Source: Phycisphaerales bacterium (GTDB lineage Bacteria; Planctomycetota; Phycisphaerae; UBA1845). Taken from it: a stretch of DNA of 64,000 nucleotides. Position numbers and translations under genes: made by a program. Position 1 is the stretch's first letter. Each line of letters starts with the position of its first letter. Below are positions 8,782 to 18,346 of this stretch, in pieces. Location: NCBI GenBank assembly GCA_020852275.1, contig JADZBE010000026.1, positions 192,338 through 256,337 on the forward strand, read 5' to 3'. The notes below the pieces were generated by a model. The model was not told where the DNA came from. It did no database searches and was given only the letters and a program-made list of their open reading frames with translations.

Positions 8782-8809
8782 TTATCGACCGGTAATCGAG
8801 TCGGCTTGA
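8782..8809 (-). promoter_or_regulatory. candidate sigma-28 (FliA) type promoter upstream of flgM
   Basis: The reverse strand reads TCAAG-ccgactcgattaccg-GTCGATAA, compared with the enterobacterial consensus TAAA-N15-GCCGATAA. It lies about 225 nt upstream of the flgM ATG in an AT-richer patch. Confidence 0.3.
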
Positions 8810-9029
8810 GAAAAAAATCACACTGTTCAAGTAACATCATGGATGCCATAAGTTTATGGCTGTGGTTGTGGCAACCGGGGGAGTTTGGGAAGGAGTTGAG
8901 GGCTTTACGCACGGCGAAAACCGCTGGTTTTCGCTGTATCGCGCAAGGTCTGCGCGAGAGCTGCGACGGGATCAGACGGCGTGGGTCGCCTTGCAACCCG
9001 CGGTGGAACCCGAAGCTGGGCAGGAGCTC

Positions 9030-9131
9030 GTCAGCCCCGCGAAGGCGGGGATCCAGGACGCACGGGGAAAGGCTGGATTCCCGCCTGCGTGGGAATGACG
9101 GGGCTGGATTCCCGCTTGTGCGGGAATGCCG
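9030..9131. repeat. REP-like hairpin family R2, three copies
   Basis: gtcagccccgcgaaggcggggatccagg (9030-9057, inverted variant), ctggattcccgcctgcgtgggaatgacg (9073-9100) and ctggattcccgcttgtgcgggaatgccg (9104-9131). Confidence 0.8.
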
Positions 9132-9162
9132 GAACCCCGTTGTCGCCGCCCCGCGGGAGGCC

Positions 9163-10185
9163 TCACACGGTCGCCGGCGTCGCGGTCAGCTCCGCCGCGT
9201 TCTGCGTCAGCCATGTGAGCTTCTTCTCCACGACCGGCAGGAAGTTGTCCGCCTCGTGTCCTCCGAAGTTCCCCGTCCGCGCGATCGGCGCCACGACCTC
9301 GGCGATCAGCGCCTCGCGCATCAGAGGCGCCAGGCACGTGCGCTCGCCTGGCGCGAACCTCGATGTTTCCTCGTATCCGCGCAAGAACGCATGGAACCGC
9401 GGCACATCCAGATGCTCAGGCCACTCCTCCAACGTTCCACCGGCGAGCATGGAGAACTGCAGCGCCCCATTGGCCACGTCAATGATCCGCCGCGAAACGC
9501 GCACCGAATCATAATCAATGACCGCGGCGATCTGCGCGCCGCGGAACAGCATGTTGCCGGGATGCCAGTCCGCGTGGATCACCGCCGGGGGGAAGGTCGG
9601 CAGTCCGCATTCCCGGGCTTCGGCGCACGCGCGGTCGTAAGAAGCGTGCAGGCGGCGCGCGGCCGAGGCGACGCCGCTGCGGCCATTGCCCTCCGCGCCG
9701 AGATGCTCGAGCGCGCGGCGGACGGTGGCGTTGTCGTGATAGTCGCCGCGCGGGATCGCCGAGCGCGTCCGCAAGTCGGCGGTCATTTGATGGAAGGCCG
9801 AGAGCGTCGCTCCGGCGCTGGCGCACTCTTCGACGGTGCCGCGAAACCGCTGGCCCGCGATGAACTCGAACAGCTCGTACACGCGGTCCTGCAGCCGCAG
9901 GAAGGACCGCCCGCCGCTGCGCGTGGCGATCACGTCCGGCGCGGGGAACCCGCCGGCCTTGAGGTGGGTTTGAAGCTCATGCGAAAAGCGGATGCGCTCC
10001 GGATCGCAATTGACGGCGTCGCGGCGTTTCAGCAGGAACTTGCCGCGCTGCGCCACGATGCCGACCTTCGGGCTGCGGCTCGATCCCTTCGCCAGCGGCG
10101 TGATGGACTCGAGCACGCCGAGATCGAAATGACTCAGCGCGACGGCCAGTTCCGCCGCATCGAATGACGTGCGCTGCTCGTCCAC
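9163..10185 (-). CDS. phosphotransferase-family kinase (APH/ChoK/homoserine-kinase-II-like)
   Basis: Catalytic loop VIHADWHPGNMLF followed by AAVIDYDS (the Brenner H-x-D-x4-N motif and a DxD metal-binding motif). 340 aa. Confidence 0.7.
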   Translation of the reverse strand: MDEQRTSFDAAELAVALSHFDLGVLESITPLAKGSSRSPKVGIVAQRGKFLLKRRDAVNCDPERIRFSHELQTHLKAGGFPAPDVIATRSGGRSFLRLQDRVYELFEFIAGQRFRGTVEECASAGATLSAFHQMTADLRTRSAIPRGDYHDNATVRRALEHLGAEGNGRSGVASAARRLHASYDRACAEARECGLPTFPPAVIHADWHPGNMLFRGAQIAAVIDYDSVRVSRRIIDVANGALQFSMLAGGTLEEWPEHLDVPRFHAFLRGYEETSRFAPGERTCLAPLMREALIAEVVAPIARTGNFGGHEADNFLPVVEKKLTWLTQNAAELTATPATV

Positions 10186-10521
10186 TGCCCCGAAGCTCCA
10201 CCCCCGACATGCTCACTCTCGGCGCACTCCGGGAACCGGCATGTGTGCCGCGATTGGATGCGAGCGATTGAAGGCGGTCAAGGGTCGCCGCAGGCAGGGC
10301 GCTCCTTGGCCCCTGGAGCTTCGATATCCGGCATGCGCTTCGCCGATCCCCCCATGCGCCGGCTGCCAGCGGGGCAACAGCATTTGACTTCGGATCAGGG
10401 TCGCACGGCCTGCCATGATCGCCCAGTCGTGGGGAGTCAGCCGCCGATCGGCATGCGCTCGCAGCACGGGTCCGCTGCAGCCGACCCGTGCGACCCTTCC
10501 GCAAGAACGCGGAACTCGCAG

Positions 10522-12177
10522 TCAGCGACCGCGACTGTTGCAGCCCTTCGTGCGAACATCCCGGAATTGCTTCTCGTCGGCCTCATCGACGACGCCGTCG
10601 CCCGTGAGGTCGGCCTCGCAGCGCTTTTCGGCGAACGCGGCGTCAAAGAGGCGAGCGTCCTCGTCGTCCAATTCGCCGTTGAGGTTCAGGTCACCCGAGC
10701 AGTAGATCGTGATCTTGCGCAGATAACAATTCTGCCGCGTCCAGTTGCCTTGCTCGTCCTGCGCGAGCGCGATGTAGGCCGGGTACACCAGCGGTGTCGG
10801 ACTGGCCATCCCCGGCGGAGCGGCGACCATGTTGTGATAATCACCGAGGTACAAAGCGGGAAGATCATTGAGCCGGAAGGATGCGGGAGTGAGTCGCTCC
10901 TGCTGGATGGCCTGCTGCGGCGTGCCGTAACCGGTGATGCGCACGTAATACAGATCAATCCAGTGCACGTCGTCGGTCAGGTCGGCATCGTTGCGATTGT
11001 CATAAAACACCAGGTTGACTCCGCCGCACTCATCCACCGCGATCGACGGCATCATCTGATCCGGTCCGTTCACGCCGCCGGGCTGGCCGGTGAGGAGTTC
11101 GTCGGTGATGTGGACGACCTCAGCGAAAGGGAACGTGTCCCCCTGGTCTTGGCTTCGAGAGATGTATATGTCCCCGTTGAGGTTATCCTGAAACGACCCC
11201 GGCACATGTCGCGCGTAGAAAGCCACGTAGATGTAATCATTCTCTGGATCGACGGCGACGGCCGGCGCGCACTGCCGACGGTCGATGGCGTCGGGCGTGG
11301 CGCCACGGAAGTTGGCCGAGTCGTTCACCTGAATGTGCGTGGGCTGGATCGTCGCCCCTTCGGCCACCAGGACCGGCGAGAGGTCGTCCGGTTTCCAGTC
11401 CAAGTCTGGGTTGGGCGCATCGGCGTAGGCGACATGCGGCAGACCGTTGTTGTATTTCCATTGGTACTGCTGTCCCGGAACCTTCTCGTCGCGCGTCACG
11501 ACGACGATACGGCCGGTCGACAAGACAACGGGGATCGATCCCCAGCCCTCCCATTCCAAGCCGCTGTGATTGTCGAACGGTTGAATCCGGTCCGTGATCC
11601 ACGGGCACACGCCGGGCGGGTTCCCGCGCGAACTCCACATGGCGTGGCTCGGCCCGCCCTGGTAATGACCCACCGCCAAGGTGACATAGTGCTGTCCGTT
11701 CGGACCGATGCCCAGCGCGGGTTTGTCCGGAAAACCCGCAGGTGCCGAGCCGGTGTCGAAGACCGTGCAGCCCGGGCTGAAAGTCGTCGCACCCGGTGCC
11801 TTCCAAGCGACGCCGGCGCACCTGCCCTGGCAGGGCTGCAGTCCCGAGCCGAGAGCGGTGACCCAGATCGCACCGGTGGCCGGATCGGCACAAACCCAAG
11901 GATCGAAACCCAGGGTGACGAATTGGCCGTTCGTGAACGACACTCCGCCGTTAAGCGTCACGCCGTAGGCGATCTTTCCCACGGTCTGGTCAATCGCGGC
12001 GACTACGACTTCCTGCGCTGTGTTCAACCGGACGCCGGCTGAGCACTCGAACCAGACGTGATCCGGAGGGTTGACCTGCCGCGCGGGTCCGATCACTGCG
12101 TAGGATTGCCCGGACGCGGACGTGCATAGCAGGGAAAGGGCTGTAATCAGCCCGAAGGAGCGGACCGCAAGAAACAT
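10522..12177 (-). CDS. secreted BNR/sialidase-like beta-propeller protein with C-terminal dockerin-like Ca-binding repeats
   Basis: Signal peptide MFLAVRSFGLITALSLLCTSASGQ (start ATG 12177). Asp-box SRSQDQGDTF (S-x-D-x-G-x-T-F). The C-terminus has two DxNxNGxxDxxD-type loops (DLNLNGELDDED, DLTGDGVVDEAD). Confidence 0.7.
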   Translation of the reverse strand: MFLAVRSFGLITALSLLCTSASGQSYAVIGPARQVNPPDHVWFECSAGVRLNTAQEVVVAAIDQTVGKIAYGVTLNGGVSFTNGQFVTLGFDPWVCADPATGAIWVTALGSGLQPCQGRCAGVAWKAPGATTFSPGCTVFDTGSAPAGFPDKPALGIGPNGQHYVTLAVGHYQGGPSHAMWSSRGNPPGVCPWITDRIQPFDNHSGLEWEGWGSIPVVLSTGRIVVVTRDEKVPGQQYQWKYNNGLPHVAYADAPNPDLDWKPDDLSPVLVAEGATIQPTHIQVNDSANFRGATPDAIDRRQCAPAVAVDPENDYIYVAFYARHVPGSFQDNLNGDIYISRSQDQGDTFPFAEVVHITDELLTGQPGGVNGPDQMMPSIAVDECGGVNLVFYDNRNDADLTDDVHWIDLYYVRITGYGTPQQAIQQERLTPASFRLNDLPALYLGDYHNMVAAPPGMASPTPLVYPAYIALAQDEQGNWTRQNCYLRKITIYCSGDLNLNGELDDEDARLFDAAFAEKRCEADLTGDGVVDEADEKQFRDVRTKGCNSRGR

Positions 12178-12224
12178 GGACGTTCTCCTCTTGAAAAGGA
12201 TTAGACCCATCTCTCCGGCGCGGG

Positions 12225-12254
12225 TTGGCAAACATGCCTACCCTCTGCTAGAAT
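12225..12254 (+). promoter_or_regulatory. candidate sigma-70 type promoter for 12290-13372
   Basis: TTGGCA-N18-TAGAAT, ending about 35 nt before the ATG. Pattern match only. Confidence 0.3.
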
Positions 12255-12289
12255 AGCCACACCGCTGATCCGACGCAAGGACGAAGTTC

Positions 12290-13372
12290 ATGTTCTCGAA
12301 ACGCACGACCGTGGGGACTGCGCTGTCCGCGCTGCTTCTCTCGCTCTCCGCCGCCTCCGCCCAGTGGCAGGGCGGATCTCTGCACCCCGATGGTGCCAAC
12401 AAGTCTGACGGCTTGGCGGCAGCGGGACGCCAGCAAGGCGGTGGAATCGAGGTTTTCGGTGAGTTCATCTACTACTGGCATCCCGTCGTCTGGAACGCCA
12501 GGCGGAACGCCTACATCGATCTTCTCCCCGAAGGGTGGGACTCGGGGCTCGCTCGCAGCGTATCTGCGGCCTATCGTGCTGGTTATTTCCAAGTTCTTAA
12601 TGAGCGCCATGCCGCCCTGTGGGTGGCGAATGATGGTTCCTTCCGCGATCTCAGCCCTGGTCCTGACTACAGCGCCTCGGATGCGTTCGCCCTCTCGGGC
12701 GATCAGCAGGCTGGGACTGCCCACTACTTTCCCACAGCCAGTCCGCACGCTGCCTTGTGGCAGGGGAATCAGGAGAGCTTTGTCGATATGCACCCATCCG
12801 GAACGTGTTGGTCCGAGGGATACGCGACCGACGGCACGTACCAAGGGGGACGCTTGGATGTAGACGAGCAGGGCGGCGGGATCCACGCGGCGTTGTGGCG
12901 CGGAAGCGCGGACAGCTTCGTGGATATGAATCCCGATGGCTGTCTCGAATCGGTGATCCAGGGAATGGGTTTGACGAACGATGGCGTGCACGTGCAGGTC
13001 GGCTGGGCGCGGTTCTCCGCGGGCGAGTATGCCGCGCTGTGGCGCGGGTCGCCGGAAAGCTACGTCAACCTCACGCCGCCCGGCGCGCGCGGCGGTCGCC
13101 TCTACGCCACTACCGGCACGATGCACTGCGGCTACGCCAACTACACCGGCAACGCCGAGGCCGGCGTGTGGTTCGGCGATGACCCGGCCAGCTACATCAA
13201 CCTCGAGCACGTGCTGGGTCCGGGCTGGTCGCGCTCGAACGCCAAGGGGATCAGCGTTCACCAGGGGCGCGTGTACGTCACCGGCGCCGCCCGCTCCCCC
13301 GAAGGGCGCGCCGAGGCCGTCCTCTGGACCGCACGCCTGCGCCAGCTCGCATCTCCGGCGCCGCAGCCGTGA
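12290..13372 (+). CDS. secreted repeat protein, HAF-repeat-like (about 7 x ~45 aa)
   Basis: Signal peptide ALSALLLSLSAASAQ. A recurring unit H-A-A-L-W-x-G-x3-S-F-V-D-M-x-P is present (HPVVWNARRNAYIDLLP, HAALWVANDGSFRDLSP, HAALWQGNQESFVDMHP, HAALWRGSADSFVDMNP, YAALWRGSPESYVNLTP, EAGVWFGDDPASYINLEH, EAVLW). The Trp residues are spaced 43-52 aa apart. Confidence 0.7.
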   Translation: MFSKRTTVGTALSALLLSLSAASAQWQGGSLHPDGANKSDGLAAAGRQQGGGIEVFGEFIYYWHPVVWNARRNAYIDLLPEGWDSGLARSVSAAYRAGYFQVLNERHAALWVANDGSFRDLSPGPDYSASDAFALSGDQQAGTAHYFPTASPHAALWQGNQESFVDMHPSGTCWSEGYATDGTYQGGRLDVDEQGGGIHAALWRGSADSFVDMNPDGCLESVIQGMGLTNDGVHVQVGWARFSAGEYAALWRGSPESYVNLTPPGARGGRLYATTGTMHCGYANYTGNAEAGVWFGDDPASYINLEHVLGPGWSRSNAKGISVHQGRVYVTGAARSPEGRAEAVLWTARLRQLASPAPQP

Positions 13373-13610
13373 AGGCGGGAGAGCTTGGCTTTTGCAGCGC
13401 GTCTCAGCGCATGACCGGAATCCGTGCAGCAGCATTTCCGAAGCGGGCGACACCTGATTTTGTGCAAATTCGCGCGGACGGGTGTCCGCGGCTCGCTCGT
13501 GACGAACACCTTATCTTGCCCTGCAGTTCAACGCTTCCTAACATGTCCGGCGCAAGAGGCGCGGTCGGCGTGGGCTTTCCGGCCGGCAACGATGTTGTTT
13601 CGGAGAGTTC

Positions 13611-14885
13611 ATGGTGAGTACGACGCTGGCCTTGCCCGTCCCGGCGATTCTCGGCGGTCCGCGGGCGGTGACGCTCGATGCCCGCGAGGCGAACCGCTGG
13701 CCGATCATTACGGACGAAGACGTCGCGGCGGTGGCGGAGGTGCTCCGCAGCGGCGAGCTTTCGCTTCATCCGGTGACGCGGGCGCTGGAGGACGACTATC
13801 GCGCGCTGCTGGGCGTGCGTCATGCGGTGGCGTGCTGCAACGGCACGTCGGCCATCTTCGCGGCGCTGCACGCCTTCGGGCTTGAACCGGGCGATCAGGT
13901 GCTGTGCCCCTCGGCTACCTACTGGGCGTCGGTGATGCCGGTGCTGTGGTGCGGCGGCGTGCCGGTGTTCTGCGAGACGGAGACGACGCAGTGCGGGCTG
14001 GACCCCGCCGACGTGGAGCGAAAGATCACGCCGCGAACGAAAGCCATGGTCATCGTGCACCTGTGGGGCATGCCCTCGCGGATGGACGAGTTGATGACAC
14101 TGGCACGGCGGCACAACCTCAAAGTCTTCGAAGATGCCTCGCATGCGCATGGCGCGACGTGGCGCGGCCAGCCGCTGGGCACGTTCGGCGACGCGGCCGT
14201 GCTGAGCCTGCAAACCAACAAGCTCGCGCCCGCCGGCGAGGGCGGAATGCTGGTGACGAATGACGACGCCATCGCGGAGCACGTCACCTGCCTGGGGCAC
14301 TTCGAGCGCGTGATCGATCTGAAGACGCCCGCGCGGCGCTTCGCCGGGACGGGGTTCGGCATGAAGCACCGCATGTCGCCGCTGTCCGCCGCGGTGGCGC
14401 GAACGCAGTTGAAGCATCTTGCCGAGCGCAACGCCCGGCGCAACGAGAATCTTGCGTACTTGTCGCAGCGCCTGGAGCCGATGGGCTTCAACACGTTCCT
14501 CCCCCCCCCCGAGGCGCAGCGCGTGTACTTCATGTTCATGATCGAGAACCACGAGGAGCGCACGCGCATCCCCACGCGGCTGCTCGTCGAGGCGCTCAAG
14601 GCCGAGGGGTGCGACGCCGCCTACCCGCGCTATCCCCTGCTGCACCAGCAGCCGGTGTTCACCGAGGACCGCTTCATCGACCTCGCGCGTCTGCGGCACC
14701 TGCTGCGGGAAACGCTGCCGACGTATCGCGCGGACGATCTGCCGAACACGATCGCCGCCAACCAGCGGCTGATCCAACTGCCGCCGTTCCCGCGGGCGGA
14801 CCGGGCGCTGCTCGATCAGTACGTCGAGGCGTTCGAGAAGGTCCTCGCCGCGGCGAACCAGATCGCGGCCTCGCGCGCGGCCTAG
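13611..14885 (+). CDS. DegT/DnrJ/EryC1/StrS-family PLP-dependent sugar aminotransferase
   Basis: RWPIITDEDVAAVAEVLRSGELS..., CCNGTSAIFAALHAFGLEPGDQVLCPSATYWAS, FEDASHAHGA, and SLQTNKLAPAGEGGMLVTND (PLP lysine context). Confidence 0.8.
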   Translation: MVSTTLALPVPAILGGPRAVTLDAREANRWPIITDEDVAAVAEVLRSGELSLHPVTRALEDDYRALLGVRHAVACCNGTSAIFAALHAFGLEPGDQVLCPSATYWASVMPVLWCGGVPVFCETETTQCGLDPADVERKITPRTKAMVIVHLWGMPSRMDELMTLARRHNLKVFEDASHAHGATWRGQPLGTFGDAAVLSLQTNKLAPAGEGGMLVTNDDAIAEHVTCLGHFERVIDLKTPARRFAGTGFGMKHRMSPLSAAVARTQLKHLAERNARRNENLAYLSQRLEPMGFNTFLPPPEAQRVYFMFMIENHEERTRIPTRLLVEALKAEGCDAAYPRYPLLHQQPVFTEDRFIDLARLRHLLRETLPTYRADDLPNTIAANQRLIQLPPFPRADRALLDQYVEAFEKVLAAANQIAASRAA

Positions 14886-15503
14886 CCGTCGGTGATGAGA
14901 GGCGACGCTCGTCACCCCCGCGAAAGCTGAGTTCCACTCTGAACCCTAACCACTGAACCCTGAACCCTGAACCCCGAGGGGCGCGGCCGCGGCGACGAGA
15001 CTTTACCATATGTTCATCGCCAATACTTCCCGCAAGCAGCGCGGCTTACGGCGCATAGCCCGGCGACGACAGGGACTTGGACGAAAGCGAATATCGGAAC
15101 TTGAAGGGGTAATTACCGGGCATCGAATTCGATTTGACAATATGGGTCGTATGGACGGGCAGGCTCGCTTCGACCCATAATCTCCGGCCTGCCGCTATCC
15201 ATACCCATTGTCAGCGCAAACGTGGAAACCCGAGTCCGCATACTGCGCATGGGCCGCTGTGGGGAGGTTTCCAAACTGCTCCCCGCCTCTTGTCCCTCGA
15301 TGCGTTTCTACTAGAATCACAGGTCTGGGCAGTGCAAGGGAATCGACGGCTCCATGCAGGCAGCGCTGAATGCGCGCGGCCGCAGGCTCCTGTTGTATCT
15401 TCGAACGCCGCTCGGACGGAGTTTCTTCGATTGGGGATTTAGGGTGAGTGGTTGTTTCGTGGTCGGCCATCGGGGCCGGAGAATAAGAGGGGAGAGAGAG
15501 CGC

Positions 15504-16295
15504 ATGAGAAACAAGTTTGTGATGGCCGCACTCGTGAGCGCCGCCTTGCTCGGCAGCGCGAACCGGGTGCAGGCCGGGATCGGCTTCTTCATCGACGCCA
15601 GCACGCTGGAGTTCACGTATATCAAGGGCGCCGGCGGTCCGGGCAGCTACGGGCAGATTACGGTGCACGACATCGTCAGCTCGAACCTGGCCGTGCAGCA
15701 CCTGAACCTCGGCGGCGACGGTCAGATCGGCGGCGGCGATGATACGCTGCTGGACCTGGCGGAGATCGGCGATTCCGGGCAGTTCAGCGTGTCGTTCGTG
15801 GGCGACGTGTTCAAGAACGGCGCGAACGATTACTCGATCGTCGGCTCGCTTTCGATCGGCGACGTGAACTCGCCGCCGGACGTGATCGTCGGCAACTTCG
15901 GCAGTGATTCGCTGGCCATCGGGGGCGGATTCTTCTCCTTCGGCGGCGACCTGTCGAATCCCAACGGCATTCTTCAGCCGTCCGGCAACTCGTGGGTGTT
16001 CACGGGGTTGGCGGGTGACACGTCGGACATCATCAACGGTCAGTTCGGCGGTCTGGACGGCGGCGACGGCACGATCACGCTGGCGGAGGGTCGCGGCGGT
16101 TATCGCACGGGCAACGTGCTGGACTTCCAGTTCGTCGGAAAGTTCGCGGATCTCGACGCCTTCTTCGACGCGGCCCGTCAGGGCAGCAGCGGAGCGGACA
16201 TGAAGATCACCGTCGTGCCCGTGCCGGCGGCGTGGCTGCTGGGCTCGCTGGGACTTGCGGCGGCCGGCGTCATCCGTCGTCGCATGGCGGCGTAA
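15504..16295 (+). CDS. secreted G/D-rich protein with PEP-CTERM-like (VPxPA + TM + RRR) sorting tail
   Basis: Start at ATG 15504 (MRNKFVMAALVSAALLGSANRVQA, a signal peptide). The C-terminus is ITVVPVPAAWLLGSLGLAAAGVIRRRMAA. Confidence 0.7.
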   Translation: MRNKFVMAALVSAALLGSANRVQAGIGFFIDASTLEFTYIKGAGGPGSYGQITVHDIVSSNLAVQHLNLGGDGQIGGGDDTLLDLAEIGDSGQFSVSFVGDVFKNGANDYSIVGSLSIGDVNSPPDVIVGNFGSDSLAIGGGFFSFGGDLSNPNGILQPSGNSWVFTGLAGDTSDIINGQFGGLDGGDGTITLAEGRGGYRTGNVLDFQFVGKFADLDAFFDAARQGSSGADMKITVVPVPAAWLLGSLGLAAAGVIRRRMAA

Positions 16296-16343
16296 CACTC
16301 TGATCGACTACGGCGGTCAGTCCACAACACGAAGCAACTCGGA

Positions 16344-16380
16344 CCCGAGGTTGGCATCACGCCGGCCTCGGGTTTTTCTT
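16344..16380 (+). terminator. rho-independent terminator candidate
   Basis: CCCGAGG-15 nt-CCTCGGG followed by TTTTTCTT, about 50 nt after the stop of 15504-16295. Confidence 0.6.
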
Positions 16381-16768
16381 GTGCCCACCCACCCGTCACA
16401 CGGCTTTTCGAAGGTGCTGCACGCCGATCGCAGAACGCGGTTTGCGCGACACCGCGGGATCGTTTGCACGCACCCGTTCCCGACGGTCGCGTTCGGCTCT
16501 GCGAGACTGGGCGACTCAGCGCGAAGGTGATTGAAGGCCGTGGCGAATCGCTGCCCGGGGCGAAAGTCCGTTGAAACGACTTTCCAGCGTGTGGACCCTT
16601 GCATTACCGCGGCGAATCACCGGCTGGAATGCCGGTGCCCCAACCGGAAAGCCGGCGCCTCAATCGGGAATGACTTTCGCCACGGCCTGTCAGGGACGCC
16701 AGAACGTGCGAGCCCGCTTCCGTTCAAGGGGCGTCCGTCAGGCCGCGGTCATGCTTCATGCCCTGATT

Positions 16769-17257
16769 TCAAGGCGCGACAAACCTGAAGAGCGGGCGTT
16801 TGAGTTTTTCGGTGTCGGAGGGAGCGGTGAAGGAGTAGCGGTAATGCTCGCCATCCGCCGGCGTCGGGAGATAGTCGAAGCTGTAAGCAGCGTTCTTCTT
16901 CACCTTGGCGGCCAGGTAGAACTCGGGGGTGCCGGCGCCGAGGTCGTGGCCGGTAATAAAGGCGCTGCCCCCCTCACGGTGAAAGGGCACGTTCTGCCCC
17001 TTGTCGTCGCGGAGAATGAAGTGCGTGTCCACCCATTCCTGCCAGAGGAGCACGCCGCTCTTGGGATCGAGGCGCGGCCCGTCGATGCGCACGGTGCGGT
17101 TGTAGATGACCACGTGAAAGTCGAGCGTCTCGCCCTCCGGATTGCCGAACGCAAGGGCGAATTGATAGCCCGGGTCTTCCGAGGCTTTCATGGTCAGCCA
17201 GTGAATAACGCCGAACACACCCAGACCAAGGATGAAGAGCACAACCAGAGTGCGCAT
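16769..17257 (-). CDS. membrane-anchored hypothetical protein
   Basis: ORF 16769-17374. Start set at MRTLVVLFILGLGVFGVIHWL (N-terminal TM anchor). Normal composition and no recognised motif. Confidence 0.55.
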   Translation of the reverse strand: MRTLVVLFILGLGVFGVIHWLTMKASEDPGYQFALAFGNPEGETLDFHVVIYNRTVRIDGPRLDPKSGVLLWQEWVDTHFILRDDKGQNVPFHREGGSAFITGHDLGAGTPEFYLAAKVKKNAAYSFDYLPTPADGEHYRYSFTAPSDTEKLKRPLFRFVAP

Positions 17258-17712
17258 CGAGAGGCTCCTTCGTGTCGGGACCCCGGGACTGAAGCACGCG
17301 CGGGTATTGTGGACACGCCCCACGGGGGATGCAAGACGTTTCTCCGGGAGGATCAGAACCCACGCCGAGGGCATCTCGAACAGCGACTGGCGATTGCGGC
17401 AGCGGATCAGGGCGGCATGGAGCCGACGGTTTGGGCCTCAGCGCCGTCGCGGCGTGACGGCGGCGTGCGAAGCCGTCCGCATCGATGCCGGGCCATTGCT
17501 CGTGGGCGAGCGGGTGTGGTAAAATGCGCAGCGTCGTTCGGGACGACTCGGCCGCCTGCTCAGCGACTTTCCGCGTGGGACGGGAAACAACGAGGCGAAG
17601 CGCGCGGTTCCCGTCCGGCTGCATGGGCGGCGGAGGCGCTTTCCCAAGGATTCACTCGCCCGATGCCCGCGGCGGCGCCTGGCCGGCGGAACGGGCTTTG
17701 GCGCGGGGAGTG

Positions 17713-18342
17713 ATGACGATGCGGACGTCATTGCCCGAGCTGGATTTAATCAACCTCGCCACGCGCGGGGACGGTGACGCTTTGTCCGCCCTCCTGGAGC
17801 TGCACGGACCCACCGCGCGACGCGGGCTGGAGATTCCCCGGCGATTCCAGTCTCTCGTCAGCGTGGACGACGTGATGCAGCAGACGTACACCGACGCCTT
17901 CCTGCGCATTCGTGAGTTCGTGCCGCGCGAGGACGGATCGTTCGCGGGCTGGCTGGGTCGCATGGCCAGGCGCAACCTCGTCGATGTGATCCGCATGTTG
18001 ACGGCGGAGAAGCGCGGGGGCGACCGGCAGCGGCTGCACGTGGAGACGTTCGGCAGCTCCCTGCACCGGCTCTCGGTGGTGCTGGGCGTGACGGAGGCGA
18101 CGGCGAGCCACGGCGCGCGAATGGAGGAGGCGTGCGCGGCGCTGGGAGAGGCGATCACGGCGCTGCCGCCGTTGTACCGCCGCGTGATCGAGAGATTCGA
18201 TCTGCAGGATCGTCCGGTCGAGGAACTCGCGGACGAGCTGAAGCGGACGACCGGCGCGGTGTACATGATCCGCAGCCGCGCGCACCGCCTGATCCGCGAG
18301 CGCATGGGGCGGTTGGAAGATTACGTCAGCGACGGAGCCTGA
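17713..18342 (+). CDS. ECF-type RNA polymerase sigma factor
   Basis: Start at ATG 17713 (MTMRTS...). Region 2-like DDVMQQTYTDAFLRIREF...FAGWLGRMARRNLVDVIR. Region 4 LPPLYRRVIERFDLQDRPVEELADELKRTTGAVYMIRSRAHRLIRERM. Confidence 0.8.
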   Translation: MTMRTSLPELDLINLATRGDGDALSALLELHGPTARRGLEIPRRFQSLVSVDDVMQQTYTDAFLRIREFVPREDGSFAGWLGRMARRNLVDVIRMLTAEKRGGDRQRLHVETFGSSLHRLSVVLGVTEATASHGARMEEACAALGEAITALPPLYRRVIERFDLQDRPVEELADELKRTTGAVYMIRSRAHRLIRERMGRLEDYVSDGA

Positions 18343-18346
18343 CGCC

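Noticed and set aside
8271-8996. Full-length 241-aa ORF upstream-extended from flgM.
   Set aside because: Only the last 95 codons look like FlgM. The upstream 146 codons are R/S/P-rich, cross the AT-rich promoter-like patch, and have poor coding bias.
14935-14972. Telomere-like or heptamer run ctgaaccctaaccactgaaccctgaaccctgaacccc after the DegT gene.
   Set aside because: It has only three or four imperfect units and no further copies in the window. It is treated as a trivial simple repeat.
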